Below are positions 1 to 8,042 of a stretch of 29,734 bases of DNA, piece after piece. The DNA lies in IMG/VR virus record IMGVR_UViG_3300049259_000045; one strand, 5' to 3'. Both the position numbers and the translations under genes were made by a program. The DNA is from an uncultured virus (IMG/VR IMGVR_UViG_3300049259_000045). Lineage: Duplodnaviria; Heunggongvirae; Uroviricota; Caudoviricetes. The notes under the pieces were generated by a model. That model ran no database searches and was not told where the DNA came from. It saw only the letters and a program-made list of their open reading frames with translations. Within the stretch, counting starts at the first letter, position 1. Each line of letters starts with the position of its first letter.

Positions 1-45
1 TGGACCGGGAGCAGTGGCCAGACCGGAGACCGGTCCACGCAAGTT

Positions 46-804
46 TCACAAAGATATTCGCCGATACGCGGCTGTGGTAGCTAGCATCCCAAAGCCAATG
101 TATCCGCTGGTATTGGTCGACCCGGTAGGGGTCGGCGATACGATAGCGTCCGGAGAGCAGGTGTACCGGGGTGCCGTTGTATCGAAGTTATCAACCGGAG
201 AGCAGGTGTACGCCACGCCAGCCGGATCGGTGTAGGTCCAACCGGCGGGAGGCTGTCCGGGGGTCCCGTCGGTGCCGTCTCGACCGTCTGTACCGTTAGT
301 TCCGTCCTTGCCCGCAGCGCCAGCGACTCCGGCCACGCCTTGGTCTCCCTGAGGTCCGGGAACCGTCGAGTCCGCTCCAGGCAGGCCCTGAGCGCCAGAG
401 GGTCCGGGAACCGTCGAGTCCGCCCCCGGTGACCCAGCGACACCCCTCGGACCCGTGGGACCAGGCTCCGGGGACGCTGCAGCTCCGGCCTTTCCTGAGG
501 CTCCCGAAGCCCCCGGAGAACCCGCCGGTCCAGCCGGTCCGGTGACCGCCGGTCCAGGCTCCCCTCGACTGCCGGGGGGACCAGCGACTGGAGACGCGCC
601 CAACTGCTGCACCTGCCGAGCCAGGGCGTCCCGAGCAGCGTTCGCTTGCGACAGGTCGTGGCTAAGTCCCTGCAAAGTGACGACTATCCACGTTAGTACG
701 CCCACAGCGGCCAGGACTTTGGCCGCAAACCACGCATCCTCAATGCGGCGATTCGGCGGTTCTTCCGTAGGAAGGTCCTTCGTCTCTTGACGATGGGAAC
801 TCAC
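46..804 (-). CDS. Membrane-anchored collagen-like (Gly-X-Y repeat) protein
   Basis: N-terminal TM (VLAAVGVLTWIVVTL), short coiled coil, long G-X-Y tract, C-terminal YTCSP x2. Confidence 0.85.
   Translation of the reverse strand: MSSHRQETKDLPTEEPPNRRIEDAWFAAKVLAAVGVLTWIVVTLQGLSHDLSQANAARDALARQVQQLGASPVAGPPGSRGEPGPAVTGPAGPAGSPGASGASGKAGAAASPEPGPTGPRGVAGSPGADSTVPGPSGAQGLPGADSTVPGPQGDQGVAGVAGAAGKDGTNGTDGRDGTDGTPGQPPAGWTYTDPAGVAYTCSPVDNFDTTAPRYTCSPDAIVSPTPTGSTNTSGYIGFGMLATTAAYRRISL
150..423. repeat. Two intragenic direct-repeat pairs in the collagen gene
   Basis: CCGGAGAGCAGGTGTAC at 150-166 and 195-211; GGTCCGGGAACCGTCGAGTCCGC at 353-375 and 401-423. Confidence 0.85.
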
Positions 805-1115
805 CCACCCGCTCCCTTCGCTGCAATATACGCTGTCAGCAGCACCAGCAATACAGGCACGACCAGCGCCGTTAGTATCAAGCGTCGGTCCTGTGCCCGC
901 TGTTTTTCCTTCTCGCGAGCGGCCTCTTCCAGCGCCTTGACGCGCTCCACCAACAGCCGATGACCTTCGTCGCGGGCTTGTTGTTCGAGCAGATATCGCT
1001 CTACAGACACCCGCTTGTCTATCAGTACACCGAGCTGCCTGATATCATCGCGAATGTCGCCGACCCGATCCTCAAAGCGTCGTGCGAGTTCGCCCAAGGT
1101 CGGGTCGTCGGCCAC
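801..1115 (-). CDS. Coiled-coil protein with C-terminal transmembrane helix
   Basis: Charged helix then LILTALVVPVLLVLLTAYIAA; stop overlaps collagen gene start; GTG start at 1115 or 1121. Confidence 0.8.
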   Translation of the reverse strand: MADDPTLGELARRFEDRVGDIRDDIRQLGVLIDKRVSVERYLLEQQARDEGHRLLVERVKALEEAAREKEKQRAQDRRLILTALVVPVLLVLLTAYIAAKGAGG

Positions 1116-1146
1116 GTGCACCCCCGGGGGTCAACCTATGCAGGTT

Positions 1147-1425
1147 TTACAGGTCGTCATCGTCGTCGTCATACAGCACACCAAACACCGAATGAGAAAC
1201 AAACGCGGCGTGGTCGAGCATCGCGGCCATAGATGCAGCCTGCTCCTCGGGTGTCCGGTCGTCCTCTCCGGACAGACCGCGCGCGAACCCTTCGGCGGCA
1301 AGTTGGCCGAACGAAGGTCCTACCCGCTTCCACGGTCGGCCAAACGGCACCCCTGCAAACACCAGGGAGATGGACCGAGCAATGCCGAGCCGGTGCAGAA
1401 TGTACTTCGGCCGGTACTTCTTCAC
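1147..1425 (-). CDS. Hypothetical protein
   Basis: Start overlaps upstream stop (GTGA); acidic C-terminus. Confidence 0.6.
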   Translation of the reverse strand: MKKYRPKYILHRLGIARSISLVFAGVPFGRPWKRVGPSFGQLAAEGFARGLSGEDDRTPEEQAASMAAMLDHAAFVSHSVFGVLYDDDDDDL

Positions 1426-1877
1426 AGCGTCAGATCCCCGAAGTCACGCTCTGCTCGGTTGGTCATCTCTTCGGTGAGCTTCGCGATCTGTGCGTCGATG
1501 TCGTCTACCGTGAGGATCTGAACCTTGGTAGCGCTGTCCAGGCCAAGCATCTTGGCTCGACGCTCCAGGATTCGGATAGCCACCTCGACAGAGCGGGGAG
1601 TGCCGCGTTCGATGCCGGGTTGCAGCGCCAACAGCATCTGGTCCATCCGGCGGCACTCGATCTCGCGCAGAACTTCGACACTGTGATCGGGCGTGGTCAG
1701 CTGCTTGGCCAACGCCTCGTAGATGTCTGCACTGGCAGCGGCCGGACTGACGTAGTTCAACTCAGCGGCAATATCCTCGGGAGAGTACCCGGCAATTCGC
1801 ATCTTGACGGCCTTACCCCGCCGAATCTGTCGCTTCGACCGAGTTGACCGAGTTGCGTCGATAGTGGTCTCAGTCAT
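1422..1877 (-). CDS. Terminase small subunit-like HTH protein
   Basis: N-terminal HTH (AVKMRIAGYSPEDIAAELNY) plus EIECRRMDQM and ILERRAKMLGLD motifs typical of actinophage small terminases. Confidence 0.7.
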   Translation of the reverse strand: MTETTIDATRSTRSKRQIRRGKAVKMRIAGYSPEDIAAELNYVSPAAASADIYEALAKQLTTPDHSVEVLREIECRRMDQMLLALQPGIERGTPRSVEVAIRILERRAKMLGLDSATKVQILTVDDIDAQIAKLTEEMTNRAERDFGDLTL

Positions 1878-2113
1878 GCCGGTACCACCTCCTTAGGGTC
1901 TCTGTTCTTGTTGTGGGGAAGCGGGGGAGCCACGGGGGGGGTTCCGTCCTCGCCCTTGGGCGGGAGTTCGAGCAGGTTGTACCGAACGCCCTTAGGGGTC
2001 ATGTGGCGCTTGATGCGCCCCTCGCTGGCCCAACGCCAGATGGTGCCCTGCGGACGGCCGGTCCACACTGCGGCTTCGATCGACGTCACCAGTATAACAT
2101 CAGCGTCCGTCAT
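1874..2113 (-). CDS. Small helix-turn-helix DNA-binding protein (MerR/excisionase-like)
   Basis: VTSIEAAVWTGRPQGTIWRWASEGRI...RYNL pattern; ATGA overlap with next gene. Confidence 0.75.
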   Translation of the reverse strand: MTDADVILVTSIEAAVWTGRPQGTIWRWASEGRIKRHMTPKGVRYNLLELPPKGEDGTPPVAPPLPHNKNRDPKEVVPA

Positions 2114-2135
2114 CGTTTGTGCCCCCCTGCATAAA

Positions 2136-2176
2136 TTGAGCCCCCTACCACGTGCCTAGTGTGGTAGGGGGCTCAA
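2136..2176 (-). terminator. 16-bp perfect hairpin in the leader of the late/packaging operon
   Basis: TTGAGCCCCCTACCAC-N9-GTGGTAGGGGGCTCAA. Confidence 0.7.
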
Positions 2177-2201
2177 AATCGCTGTGTGCCCATCCAAGAG
2201 A

Positions 2202-2231
2202 ATCCTACCCTTCGTATAGACTCTCTGTCAA
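2202..2231 (-). promoter_or_regulatory. Housekeeping-sigma-type promoter
   Basis: TTGACA-N18-TAGGAT. Confidence 0.8.
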
Positions 2232-2242
2232 GTAGGGCTGCA

Positions 2243-2689
2243 TTACCGCCAACGTCGGCGCTGCACCGCCTGTCGGACGGGTTCACGGTCGGAGCCCATG
2301 ACGGCTCGCACGATCCCCAGAACGATAACCAGCGCTATCACCACAACGATCATCATCAGCGCCAACATACCCAGCAGCGGGATCAGGAGGGGCAGCAACA
2401 CCATCCCGCCAACGATCATCGCCGCGAACGATACTACCAGCGCGACTGCCTTGTCCAGCAGCGGCGACGTGTTGGCCGGGCGGTCAGGGTCTCGCCGAGG
2501 TCGGTACACCTCGGGTTCACAGTCGAAGCAACGACATCCCGCCACGTGATATGTACTGACCGGCGCCTGGTAATAGGTCGGCTGCAACCGAATCGTTGGC
2601 GTGGTGGGCACAACCGGCCTGGCAGGGGCCGGACCGGGGTCGACCCAACCGTGGATATCCTCCTTCTGCCAGTCGTATAGTTCGTCCAT
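2243..2689 (-). CDS. Membrane protein with HxxxCxCxxC motif
   Basis: Long C-terminal hydrophobic stretch; ATG 2689 with AAGGGA RBS downstream of promoter. Confidence 0.75.
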   Translation of the reverse strand: MDELYDWQKEDIHGWVDPGPAPARPVVPTTPTIRLQPTYYQAPVSTYHVAGCRCFDCEPEVYRPRRDPDRPANTSPLLDKAVALVVSFAAMIVGGMVLLPLLIPLLGMLALMMIVVVIALVIVLGIVRAVMGSDREPVRQAVQRRRWR

Positions 2690-2721
2690 AGTAGTCCCTT
2701 CTGGTCTGTCTCGTTGCCTCC

Positions 2722-2750
2722 ATTGTACCATGAGAGTGCTAGCCGGACAA
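2722..2750 (-). promoter_or_regulatory. Promoter
   Basis: TTGTCC-N17-TACAAT with extended TG. Confidence 0.65.
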
Positions 2751-2758
2751 TCGAGGCG

Positions 2759-3097
2759 TTATAGTTTGTGTACGTACACGGACTTGCCGGGTCCCACAAA
2801 CTCCAGCAGGTGCACGTGTCCGCCTCCGACAACGTACTTCGGAGCGGGCAAGTATTCGGCTTTCACTTCGGGAACAGCACACGGGCTACCGTCCTTGGGT
2901 AGCAGTGCGCCCAAAATGAACTCAATCGGCACCGGAGGGTTAGGACCCGGGCAGTTGTACAGGAACGAGTCCCCCGGGCACCCGCAGGATTTCCCAGCCA
3001 TGGCGCATTTCATCTTAGCCACGATCATCCGAGTTCCGGACGGAACCATACTTGCCCATTGGGCGATGTAACTCTCAGCCGCTGCCTGCTCGTCCAT
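2759..3097 (-). CDS. Hypothetical Cys-containing protein
   Basis: ATG 3097 with AGGA RBS downstream of promoter. Confidence 0.6.
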   Translation of the reverse strand: MDEQAAAESYIAQWASMVPSGTRMIVAKMKCAMAGKSCGCPGDSFLYNCPGPNPPVPIEFILGALLPKDGSPCAVPEVKAEYLPAPKYVVGGGHVHLLEFVGPGKSVYVHKL

Positions 3098-3134
3098 AAC
3101 TGTGGTTCCTGTCGGTGAGTGGGCTATTAGTACA

Positions 3135-3163
3135 ACGATACCATACCGAATAGGGCGGCACAA
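3135..3163 (-). promoter_or_regulatory. Promoter
   Basis: TTGTGC-N17-TATCGT with extended TG. Confidence 0.55.
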
Positions 3164-3241
3164 GTCGCCCAGAGAAGGGCCTTCCGAGGGTCTCGCGGTG
3201 CTCTCGCGGGCTTGTGTACCGGCAGTACCCCCAGAGTACGA

Positions 3242-3276
3242 CGAGACCCCCACCGAGCGTCACGGTGGGGGTCTCG
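3242..3276 (-). terminator. GC-rich hairpin
   Basis: CGAGACCCCCACCG-N7-CGGTGGGGGTCTCG downstream of stop at 3299. Confidence 0.7.
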
Positions 3277-3298
3277 CGAGGGCGCTGTGCGTAGGGGG

Positions 3299-3493
3299 CT
3301 AGCTACTTACCGGGGCCTGCAGGACGGAAGTGACCGCGTCATCCACGACCACCCCCGGAACCAGAAAGCCACCGGCTCCCCGCAGGTAGGCGGCAACCCA
3401 CTCGGGGGTGACCTCTTCGTGTCCGTAGTCCGGACCTGCGTCGCCGGTCACGTCCATGAACAGCGTGATAGCGATCTTGTCGCCAACGGCCAT
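3299..3493 (-). CDS. Hypothetical protein (64 aa)
   Basis: Own promoter, GGGAG RBS and downstream hairpin. Confidence 0.7.
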   Translation of the reverse strand: MAVGDKIAITLFMDVTGDAGPDYGHEEVTPEWVAAYLRGAGGFLVPGVVVDDAVTSVLQAPVSS

Positions 3494-3537
3494 AAGAAAA
3501 CTCCCTGTTTGCGGGGACTGTTTCCCCGTGTGTCACC

Positions 3538-3567
3538 ATCGTACCATGGTGGTTCGAACCCGGGCAA
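3538..3567 (-). promoter_or_regulatory. Promoter
   Basis: TTGCCC-N18-TACGAT with extended TG. Confidence 0.6.
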
Positions 3568-3576
3568 GCCCTCACT

Positions 3577-3906
3577 CTACGAGTTATCCACTGTTCCGGA
3601 ATGCAGCTCCATGAGATGCCACACCAGGACGCCCCCCGGAGTCAGGGCGGTGCCGACATAGGCGATTTTGCTGTTCTCGGGCAGTGCCTGGCCGGTGCCG
3701 AACACCCGGAAGTACCGAGGTGCCCGCCCCTTGCCGTCTCGGTCCGTGATAGCCCAGAACTCCACCGAATCCGCCGACCGGCAGTCTACATGAAGCACCC
3801 CGCCGGACAGCCCCACCATGTGCCACTTGTCGTCGCACGGAACTGTGAACCTGCCGACAAACAGAGCACCCTCGGCACCTGACGGAGTCGAGATTATTTT
3901 GTACAC
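3577..3906 (-). CDS. Conserved-looking phage protein of unknown function
   Basis: FRVFGTGQ...YVGTA...LVWHLME pattern recurrent in phage hypotheticals; GTG 3906 follows AGGAGG (alternative start 3933). Confidence 0.7.
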   Translation of the reverse strand: MYKIISTPSGAEGALFVGRFTVPCDDKWHMVGLSGGVLHVDCRSADSVEFWAITDRDGKGRAPRYFRVFGTGQALPENSKIAYVGTALTPGGVLVWHLMELHSGTVDNS

Positions 3907-3929
3907 GGTGCAGTTCCTCCTACGGTCGT

Positions 3930-4379
3930 TCACCAATCGGTGCTGGACTCGCGATCTTGGACCGCTTTGTTTGCTTCCTCGTCGGATCGACGTGCGGCAG
4001 CCGTCAGCTCGTCTGACGCGGTCTTGGGGGACTTGGCCTGACCTAGGTCGTCCAGTCCGGCCGCTACCTTCCGGGCGATCTCGCGATCTATCCCATTATA
4101 CACTGTGACCGCCCAGCCGAGATCTGCAGCGTGATGAGAGGCGGTGGCCACAATCTCCGTGTCGGACAGCTGAGGGTCATGGAACGATCTGGTTACGATG
4201 TCCTCATTGACGCCAGCCTCGATCAAGAACGACTTGAGTTTGGCGTCATGTCCGGGAGCGTAAATCCCGAACGTCGCCGATGTACACCCGGTGGTTTTGC
4301 CGGACTGAGTCCGAAACATACTGCACTGACAGGGTCGAAGTTCCTTCGCCAACCTTCTCAGCTCCTCGGGCCTGTTCAT
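3930..4379 (-). CDS. PGHDAKLK-family putative Zn-binding protein, copy 1
   Basis: PCQC...TGC...YAPGHDAKLKSFLI. Confidence 0.85.
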   Translation of the reverse strand: MNRPEELRRLAKELRPCQCSMFRTQSGKTTGCTSATFGIYAPGHDAKLKSFLIEAGVNEDIVTRSFHDPQLSDTEIVATASHHAADLGWAVTVYNGIDREIARKVAAGLDDLGQAKSPKTASDELTAAARRSDEEANKAVQDRESSTDW

Positions 4380-4771
4380 TTAGGGGGCATCTCCGACGGC
4401 AGCGGCTTCTTGACGTTGGCCGTATTCTGGTTGGATTCGGATACTCGATCGACCAACTTCTTGTACTCGGCCTCGGTGTGGGCGCCCTCGGCCTTACCGG
4501 CCTCCACCACCCTGTATAGTTCCTCTACCCGCTGGTTTGCGGCTTTCAACCGATGCAGCGCCAAATTTCGGGCGTTATCGGCGGATATCACCGCCACCTG
4601 ATTTTGCAACATGGCCTCAGCCAGCTCGTCGCGAGCCGTGCGCGCGGAGTCTCGTTCAGCCGTGACCTGCTTCAACTCCGCGCGCAACGACTTGATTTCG
4701 GCGATAAGTTCCTTCACCCTGTCCGACGCGCGACGTCTACCATTCCCCCTGAACCACCGGTTGAACCGCAC
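4376..4771 (-). CDS. Coiled-coil protein
   Basis: Heptad-rich sequence; GTG 4771 just after upstream stop with GGAGG RBS. Confidence 0.7.
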   Translation of the reverse strand: MRFNRWFRGNGRRRASDRVKELIAEIKSLRAELKQVTAERDSARTARDELAEAMLQNQVAVISADNARNLALHRLKAANQRVEELYRVVEAGKAEGAHTEAEYKKLVDRVSESNQNTANVKKPLPSEMPPK

Positions 4772-4775
4772 TGCC

Positions 4776-5093
4776 TTACGCCTCCTGTGCCTCGGCGCGC
4801 CGTTTGTCACGGGACTCCTTGACATGCTTCTTGAGCCGGTGGTTGCCCACAAGGAACTTCTCGTTGAGCATGTTGCACCCAAGGGCTTCGGGATCCGGCA
4901 ACAGGCCAGCGGCCCAGAGAACTTCCTTGAGTCCGGTCCTGGCTGCGGCTCGGTTCCTGGGGTTAGCCGCCAGGGCCTGCGCTGCCAGTGCCAGGCTGGC
5001 TGTTCCCGCGTCAACATCATCGACTGCGGGAACGTCCGACTCGTCCCAATCTTCGCTGATCAGTCCGACCAGAACCTCGGGAACTTCGGTCAC
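4776..5093 (-). CDS. Hypothetical protein
   Basis: Start overlaps upstream stop; operon context. Confidence 0.7.
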   Translation of the reverse strand: MTEVPEVLVGLISEDWDESDVPAVDDVDAGTASLALAAQALAANPRNRAAARTGLKEVLWAAGLLPDPEALGCNMLNEKFLVGNHRLKKHVKESRDKRRAEAQEA

Positions 5094-5530
5094 TAGTTGG
5101 CCTGCTCCCGCTCGATGTCGAACACCAGGTCAACCAGCTGGTGGACGAGGTTGCGGGAAAAGTCCTCGTCAACCTCCACGACCTCGGCAGCCGGAGGAAC
5201 CGTGGCGATGATGGTACCGTCAGCGTTGACCGCCGACACCGCTCCGTTGATGTCCGTCTCGATGGCGAACGCCATGAACCCGGAGTCGTGGGCGGTGTAC
5301 CGGTGCGGGGTGCCCGGCTCGAACCCCGGGGTCTCCTCGATCGTCGGACGCAGCGGAAGCACCTTGACGCCGATCGGGCTCAGCTCGATGTTGATCTCCT
5401 CGGCCACCAAGTTGGGGTCGGTGGGGCTGTCGGTGAAGTGGTACGACCACTGGTCGGCGTCAACCACCGCTACCAGGTGATGCACGGGACTACCGACTAC
5501 CGTCGACACCGAAGTGTTCTGGTCCGCCAT
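5093..5530 (-). CDS. Hypothetical acidic protein
   Basis: GAGGA RBS, own promoter, GC3-rich codons. Confidence 0.8.
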   Translation of the reverse strand: MADQNTSVSTVVGSPVHHLVAVVDADQWSYHFTDSPTDPNLVAEEINIELSPIGVKVLPLRPTIEETPGFEPGTPHRYTAHDSGFMAFAIETDINGAVSAVNADGTIIATVPPAAEVVEVDEDFSRNLVHQLVDLVFDIEREQAN

Positions 5531-5577
5531 TGTGTTCCTCTCCGTGGTGCGAGGGACACCCCCCGCTCAGTACAACG

Positions 5578-5629
5578 ATCCTATCACACAACGCTGCCCC
5601 CTCGCAAGACTTCGTGCGAGGGGGCAGCG
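5578..5629 (-). promoter_or_regulatory. Promoter fused with upstream hairpin
   Basis: TTGCGA(5607-5602)-N18-TAGGAT(5583-5578); 15-bp stem 5592-5606/5615-5629. Confidence 0.75.
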
Positions 5630-5642
5630 CTAACCGGGCGGG

Positions 5643-5879
5643 TCACGGATACTTGATTCCCATCTCCTTGATGAGTCGGAGGCCGTCAGCCAGAGTTAGT
5701 TGATTCATCCGTCGCGTGGCCTCCGGTTCGACCAGGACCTCGGTGCCCAAGGGAATCTTGGCGCCGTCCTGGTCGAACCTGTACGACTCGAATTCTCGCC
5801 GACCCTTGCCGTCCTCGGTTGGCTCCATCGCCGTTACCCGAAATCGAGTTCCGTCTTCCATCCGGTAAATGAAAACCAT
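5643..5879 (-). CDS. Hypothetical protein (78 aa)
   Basis: GAGGAG RBS, own promoter and hairpin. Confidence 0.75.
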   Translation of the reverse strand: MVFIYRMEDGTRFRVTAMEPTEDGKGRREFESYRFDQDGAKIPLGTEVLVEPEATRRMNQLTLADGLRLIKEMGIKYP

Positions 5880-5907
5880 GACAGCTCCTCACTGATTTGT
5901 TAGTCCT

Positions 5908-5937
5908 ATTTTACCACGGTCGACAGAGACCGCACAA
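5908..5937 (-). promoter_or_regulatory. Promoter
   Basis: TTGTGC-N18-TAAAAT with extended TG. Confidence 0.7.
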
Positions 5938-5941
5938 GCCG

Positions 5942-5973
5942 GAGGCCCGACCTCGTGTTGACGGTCGAGCCTC
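5942..5973 (-). terminator. Hairpin (GGCCCGACC family)
   Basis: GAGGCCCGACC-N10-GGTCGAGCCTC. Confidence 0.65.
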
Positions 5974-5986
5974 ACCTCGCCCCGGA

Positions 5987-6529
5987 TCACTGGGCGATGG
6001 CCGGAACTACCGCAATCGGCTTCATTCCGTTCGCTCCCTTGGCCGCCAGAGCCGCGCTGCTGTGCCAGGAACCGATGACCGTCAGACCATCGCTGAACGT
6101 GTAAACCGCCGCGTGGGTGTAGGTCTTGGTCTTGCTGGTACGAGTCTCCGTGATGTCCCCGTAAGTGGCCGAGAAGGTGGTTCCACGGCCCTTCTTGGGG
6201 GCGGGAACGGCCTCAGCGGCACCCTTGGCGGCCTCGGTCTGGCCAGCCGCCTTCCGGCCCTTCGCGATGCTCTCCAAGACCTTCGCGGCGAACCCAAACT
6301 CGGCGGCTGCCTTCTCGGCAGTGTACTCGCCCTTCTGACCGAACACCAACACCGGCTGACCCGCCACTCCTGCGCGGATCAGAAGACCCTTGAGCTTGGC
6401 GTCATGCCCGGGGGCGAACACGCGACCGGTGTCGGCCTCGCATCCGGTGTTCTCGCCGGTAACTGCGTTGGTAAACGTCTGGCACTGGCAAGGGTAGAGG
6501 TTGTCATTGAGGCTGTTGGACTTCGTCAT
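5987..6529 (-). CDS. PGHDAKLK-family protein, copy 2
   Basis: PCQC...TGC...FAPGHDAKLKGLLI; AGGGAG RBS. Confidence 0.9.
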   Translation of the reverse strand: MTKSNSLNDNLYPCQCQTFTNAVTGENTGCEADTGRVFAPGHDAKLKGLLIRAGVAGQPVLVFGQKGEYTAEKAAAEFGFAAKVLESIAKGRKAAGQTEAAKGAAEAVPAPKKGRGTTFSATYGDITETRTSKTKTYTHAAVYTFSDGLTVIGSWHSSAALAAKGANGMKPIAVVPAIAQ

Positions 6530-6549
6530 TTTGTCTCCCTCGTCGTCGT

Positions 6550-6586
6550 TAATACAATTAAATCACATCAAACAGGACCAACACAA
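6550..6586 (-). promoter_or_regulatory. Class A promoter
   Basis: TTGTGT-N18-TTTAAT within TTGATGTGATTTAATTGTATTA. Confidence 0.8.
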
Positions 6587-6606
6587 CCCCCTACATCAAC
6601 ATAGCT

Positions 6607-6641
6607 GAGGCCCGACCCCCCTCCGCTTGGGGTCGGGCCTC
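6607..6641 (-). terminator. Hairpin (GGCCCGACC family)
   Basis: GAGGCCCGACCCC-N9-GGGGTCGGGCCTC. Confidence 0.75.
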
Positions 6642-6650
6642 GCTGGCCGG

Positions 6651-7211
6651 TCAGACCTGGCTGAACTTGGTGGTAGTCTGGCTGACGCCCTTCTTGTCCG
6701 TGTAGGTGAACTGCGGACCAACCGCCGGGCTGTCGGTCAGGGTGCCCGTGTAGGTCCAGCGTCCGACCTTCGCGGTCACGGTCGGCTTGGCCTCCGCCTT
6801 GGGCGCGTCCGCGTTCATCTTCGCGGCCTTGGCCTGACGCTTGGCAACGTCTGCGTCAACAACCTCATCGAAGGTCTTGGGGGTGGTCGCGGCCAGCTCG
6901 CGGGTCGCCTTGCGGTTGGCCTTCGCGACCTGCTTGGCCTTGCCGTTCTTGATACCCTCCATGACCTTCGAGTAGAAGCCGAACCGGCCGGAGACCTGGG
7001 CGGAAGTCAGCTCACCCGAGATTCCGTCGCTGATCATCTGGTCCTTGATGCCCGCGTTGATCAGAAGACCCTTGAGCTTGGCGTCGTGACCAGGCGCGAA
7101 CAGGCCCTTCGTGTTGGCGGTGCAACCCGTGTGCTCGCCGGTGCTGAGGTTGGTGAAGGCGGAGCAGATGCAGGGCTTGACGGCGGAAGCGGCTTTCGCG
7201 GTGTTCGACAT
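6651..7211 (-). CDS. PGHDAKLK-family protein, copy 3
   Basis: PCIC...TGC...FAPGHDAKLKGLLI; C-terminal AKVGRWTY...FTYTDKKG domain. Confidence 0.9.
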   Translation of the reverse strand: MSNTAKAASAVKPCICSAFTNLSTGEHTGCTANTKGLFAPGHDAKLKGLLINAGIKDQMISDGISGELTSAQVSGRFGFYSKVMEGIKNGKAKQVAKANRKATRELAATTPKTFDEVVDADVAKRQAKAAKMNADAPKAEAKPTVTAKVGRWTYTGTLTDSPAVGPQFTYTDKKGVSQTTTKFSQV

Positions 7212-7251
7212 TTTGGGCTCCTTGGTTCAGTGGGCGGTTCCCCCCGCCCTG

Positions 7252-7288
7252 TAATACAATTAAATCACATCAACACTCCAACGCGCAA
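7252..7288 (-). promoter_or_regulatory. Class A promoter
   Basis: TTGCGC-N18-TTTAAT within TTGATGTGATTTAATTGTATTA. Confidence 0.8.
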
Positions 7289-7307
7289 CCCCTGCCGCAC
7301 ACACGCT

Positions 7308-7337
7308 TCGGCCCGACCTCCTCAGGAGGTCGGGCCG
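7308..7337 (-). terminator. Hairpin (GGCCCGACC family)
   Basis: CGGCCCGACCTCCT-C-AGGAGGTCGGGCCG. Confidence 0.75.
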
Positions 7338-7352
7338 TGGGCGCTTGGCCGA

Positions 7353-7886
7353 TCAGACCAACTTGAACTTGCGGACCGTCTGGACCCGCCCCTTCTTGTC
7401 CGTGAACGTGAACTCGCCGTTGTCCACGGTGCCCTCGTACGTCCACCGACCGATCTTGGCCTTGACGACCTCGGGGACCTCGACCGGAGCGGGCTCCTGG
7501 TCGGCGGTCACGATGCCCGCGTCCTCGGCCAGCTTGCGCTCGGCGGTCTTGCCCTTCGCGGCCTTCTTCTCCGCCTTGGCCTGCGCCTTCTCGATTCCGC
7601 GCCGGATGCCCTCGGTGACCAGGTGGCCGAAACCGAACTGGTAGGCGACGGATTCCGGGCTGACCAGCTCGCCGGACGCCAGCCGCACCAGGTCACCGGC
7701 GATTCCGCGCCGGATCAGCTCGCCCTTGAGCTTGGCGTCGTGGCCGGGGGCGAACGTCCGCTTCGTGCCCATCCGGCACTGGGGCGCCTTCTCGTCGTCG
7801 CCGAAGTTCACGAAGGTGAAGTTGTTGCAGGCGCAGAGGGTGACACCGGACTCGGTACCAACGGTGTTCGCGGTGAGGTTCGTCAT
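7353..7886 (-). CDS. PGHDAKLK-family protein, copy 4
   Basis: LCAC...QC...FAPGHDAKLKGELI; C-terminal AKIGRWTY...FTFTDKKG domain shared with copy 3. Confidence 0.9.
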   Translation of the reverse strand: MTNLTANTVGTESGVTLCACNNFTFVNFGDDEKAPQCRMGTKRTFAPGHDAKLKGELIRRGIAGDLVRLASGELVSPESVAYQFGFGHLVTEGIRRGIEKAQAKAEKKAAKGKTAERKLAEDAGIVTADQEPAPVEVPEVVKAKIGRWTYEGTVDNGEFTFTDKKGRVQTVRKFKLV

Positions 7887-7935
7887 CTGGACCAGCTCCT
7901 TTTTTCCGGGCTTGGGGGCTGTTCCCCCTTGCCGC

Positions 7936-7972
7936 TAATACAATTAAACCACATCAACGGTCCAACGCACAA
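7936..7972 (-). promoter_or_regulatory. Class A promoter
   Basis: TTGTGC-N18-TTTAAT within TTGATGTGGTTTAATTGTATTA. Confidence 0.8.
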
Positions 7973-7984
7973 CCCCCTTTGACA

Positions 7985-8002
7985 ATGTGATGTACGTCAC
8001 AT
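7985..8002. promoter_or_regulatory. Palindromic operator, CRP-family consensus
   Basis: ATGTGA-TGTACG-TCACAT (TGTGA-N6-TCACA) between divergent promoters. Confidence 0.55.
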
Positions 8003-8042
8003 CCGCTAGCCTCCTCACACAAAAAAGGGGAAGACCCGGTAA

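Noticed and set aside
1..49. Possible next minus-strand gene starting at GTG 49 (MKLAWTGLRSGHCSRS...)
   Set aside because: GTGA overlap is suggestive, but only 16 codons are visible; too little to call.
3545..3570. GGTTCGAACCC resembling a tRNA T-arm
   Set aside because: No acceptor, D or anticodon stems could be built; the segment is the spacer of a minus-strand promoter.
6627..7982. Long plus-strand ORFs (6627-7982, 10578-11582, 11941-12957, 12509-13633, 18303-19598, 26559-28052 and similar)
   Set aside because: Antisense shadows of well-supported minus-strand genes, expected in high-GC DNA; no RBS, promoter or motif support.
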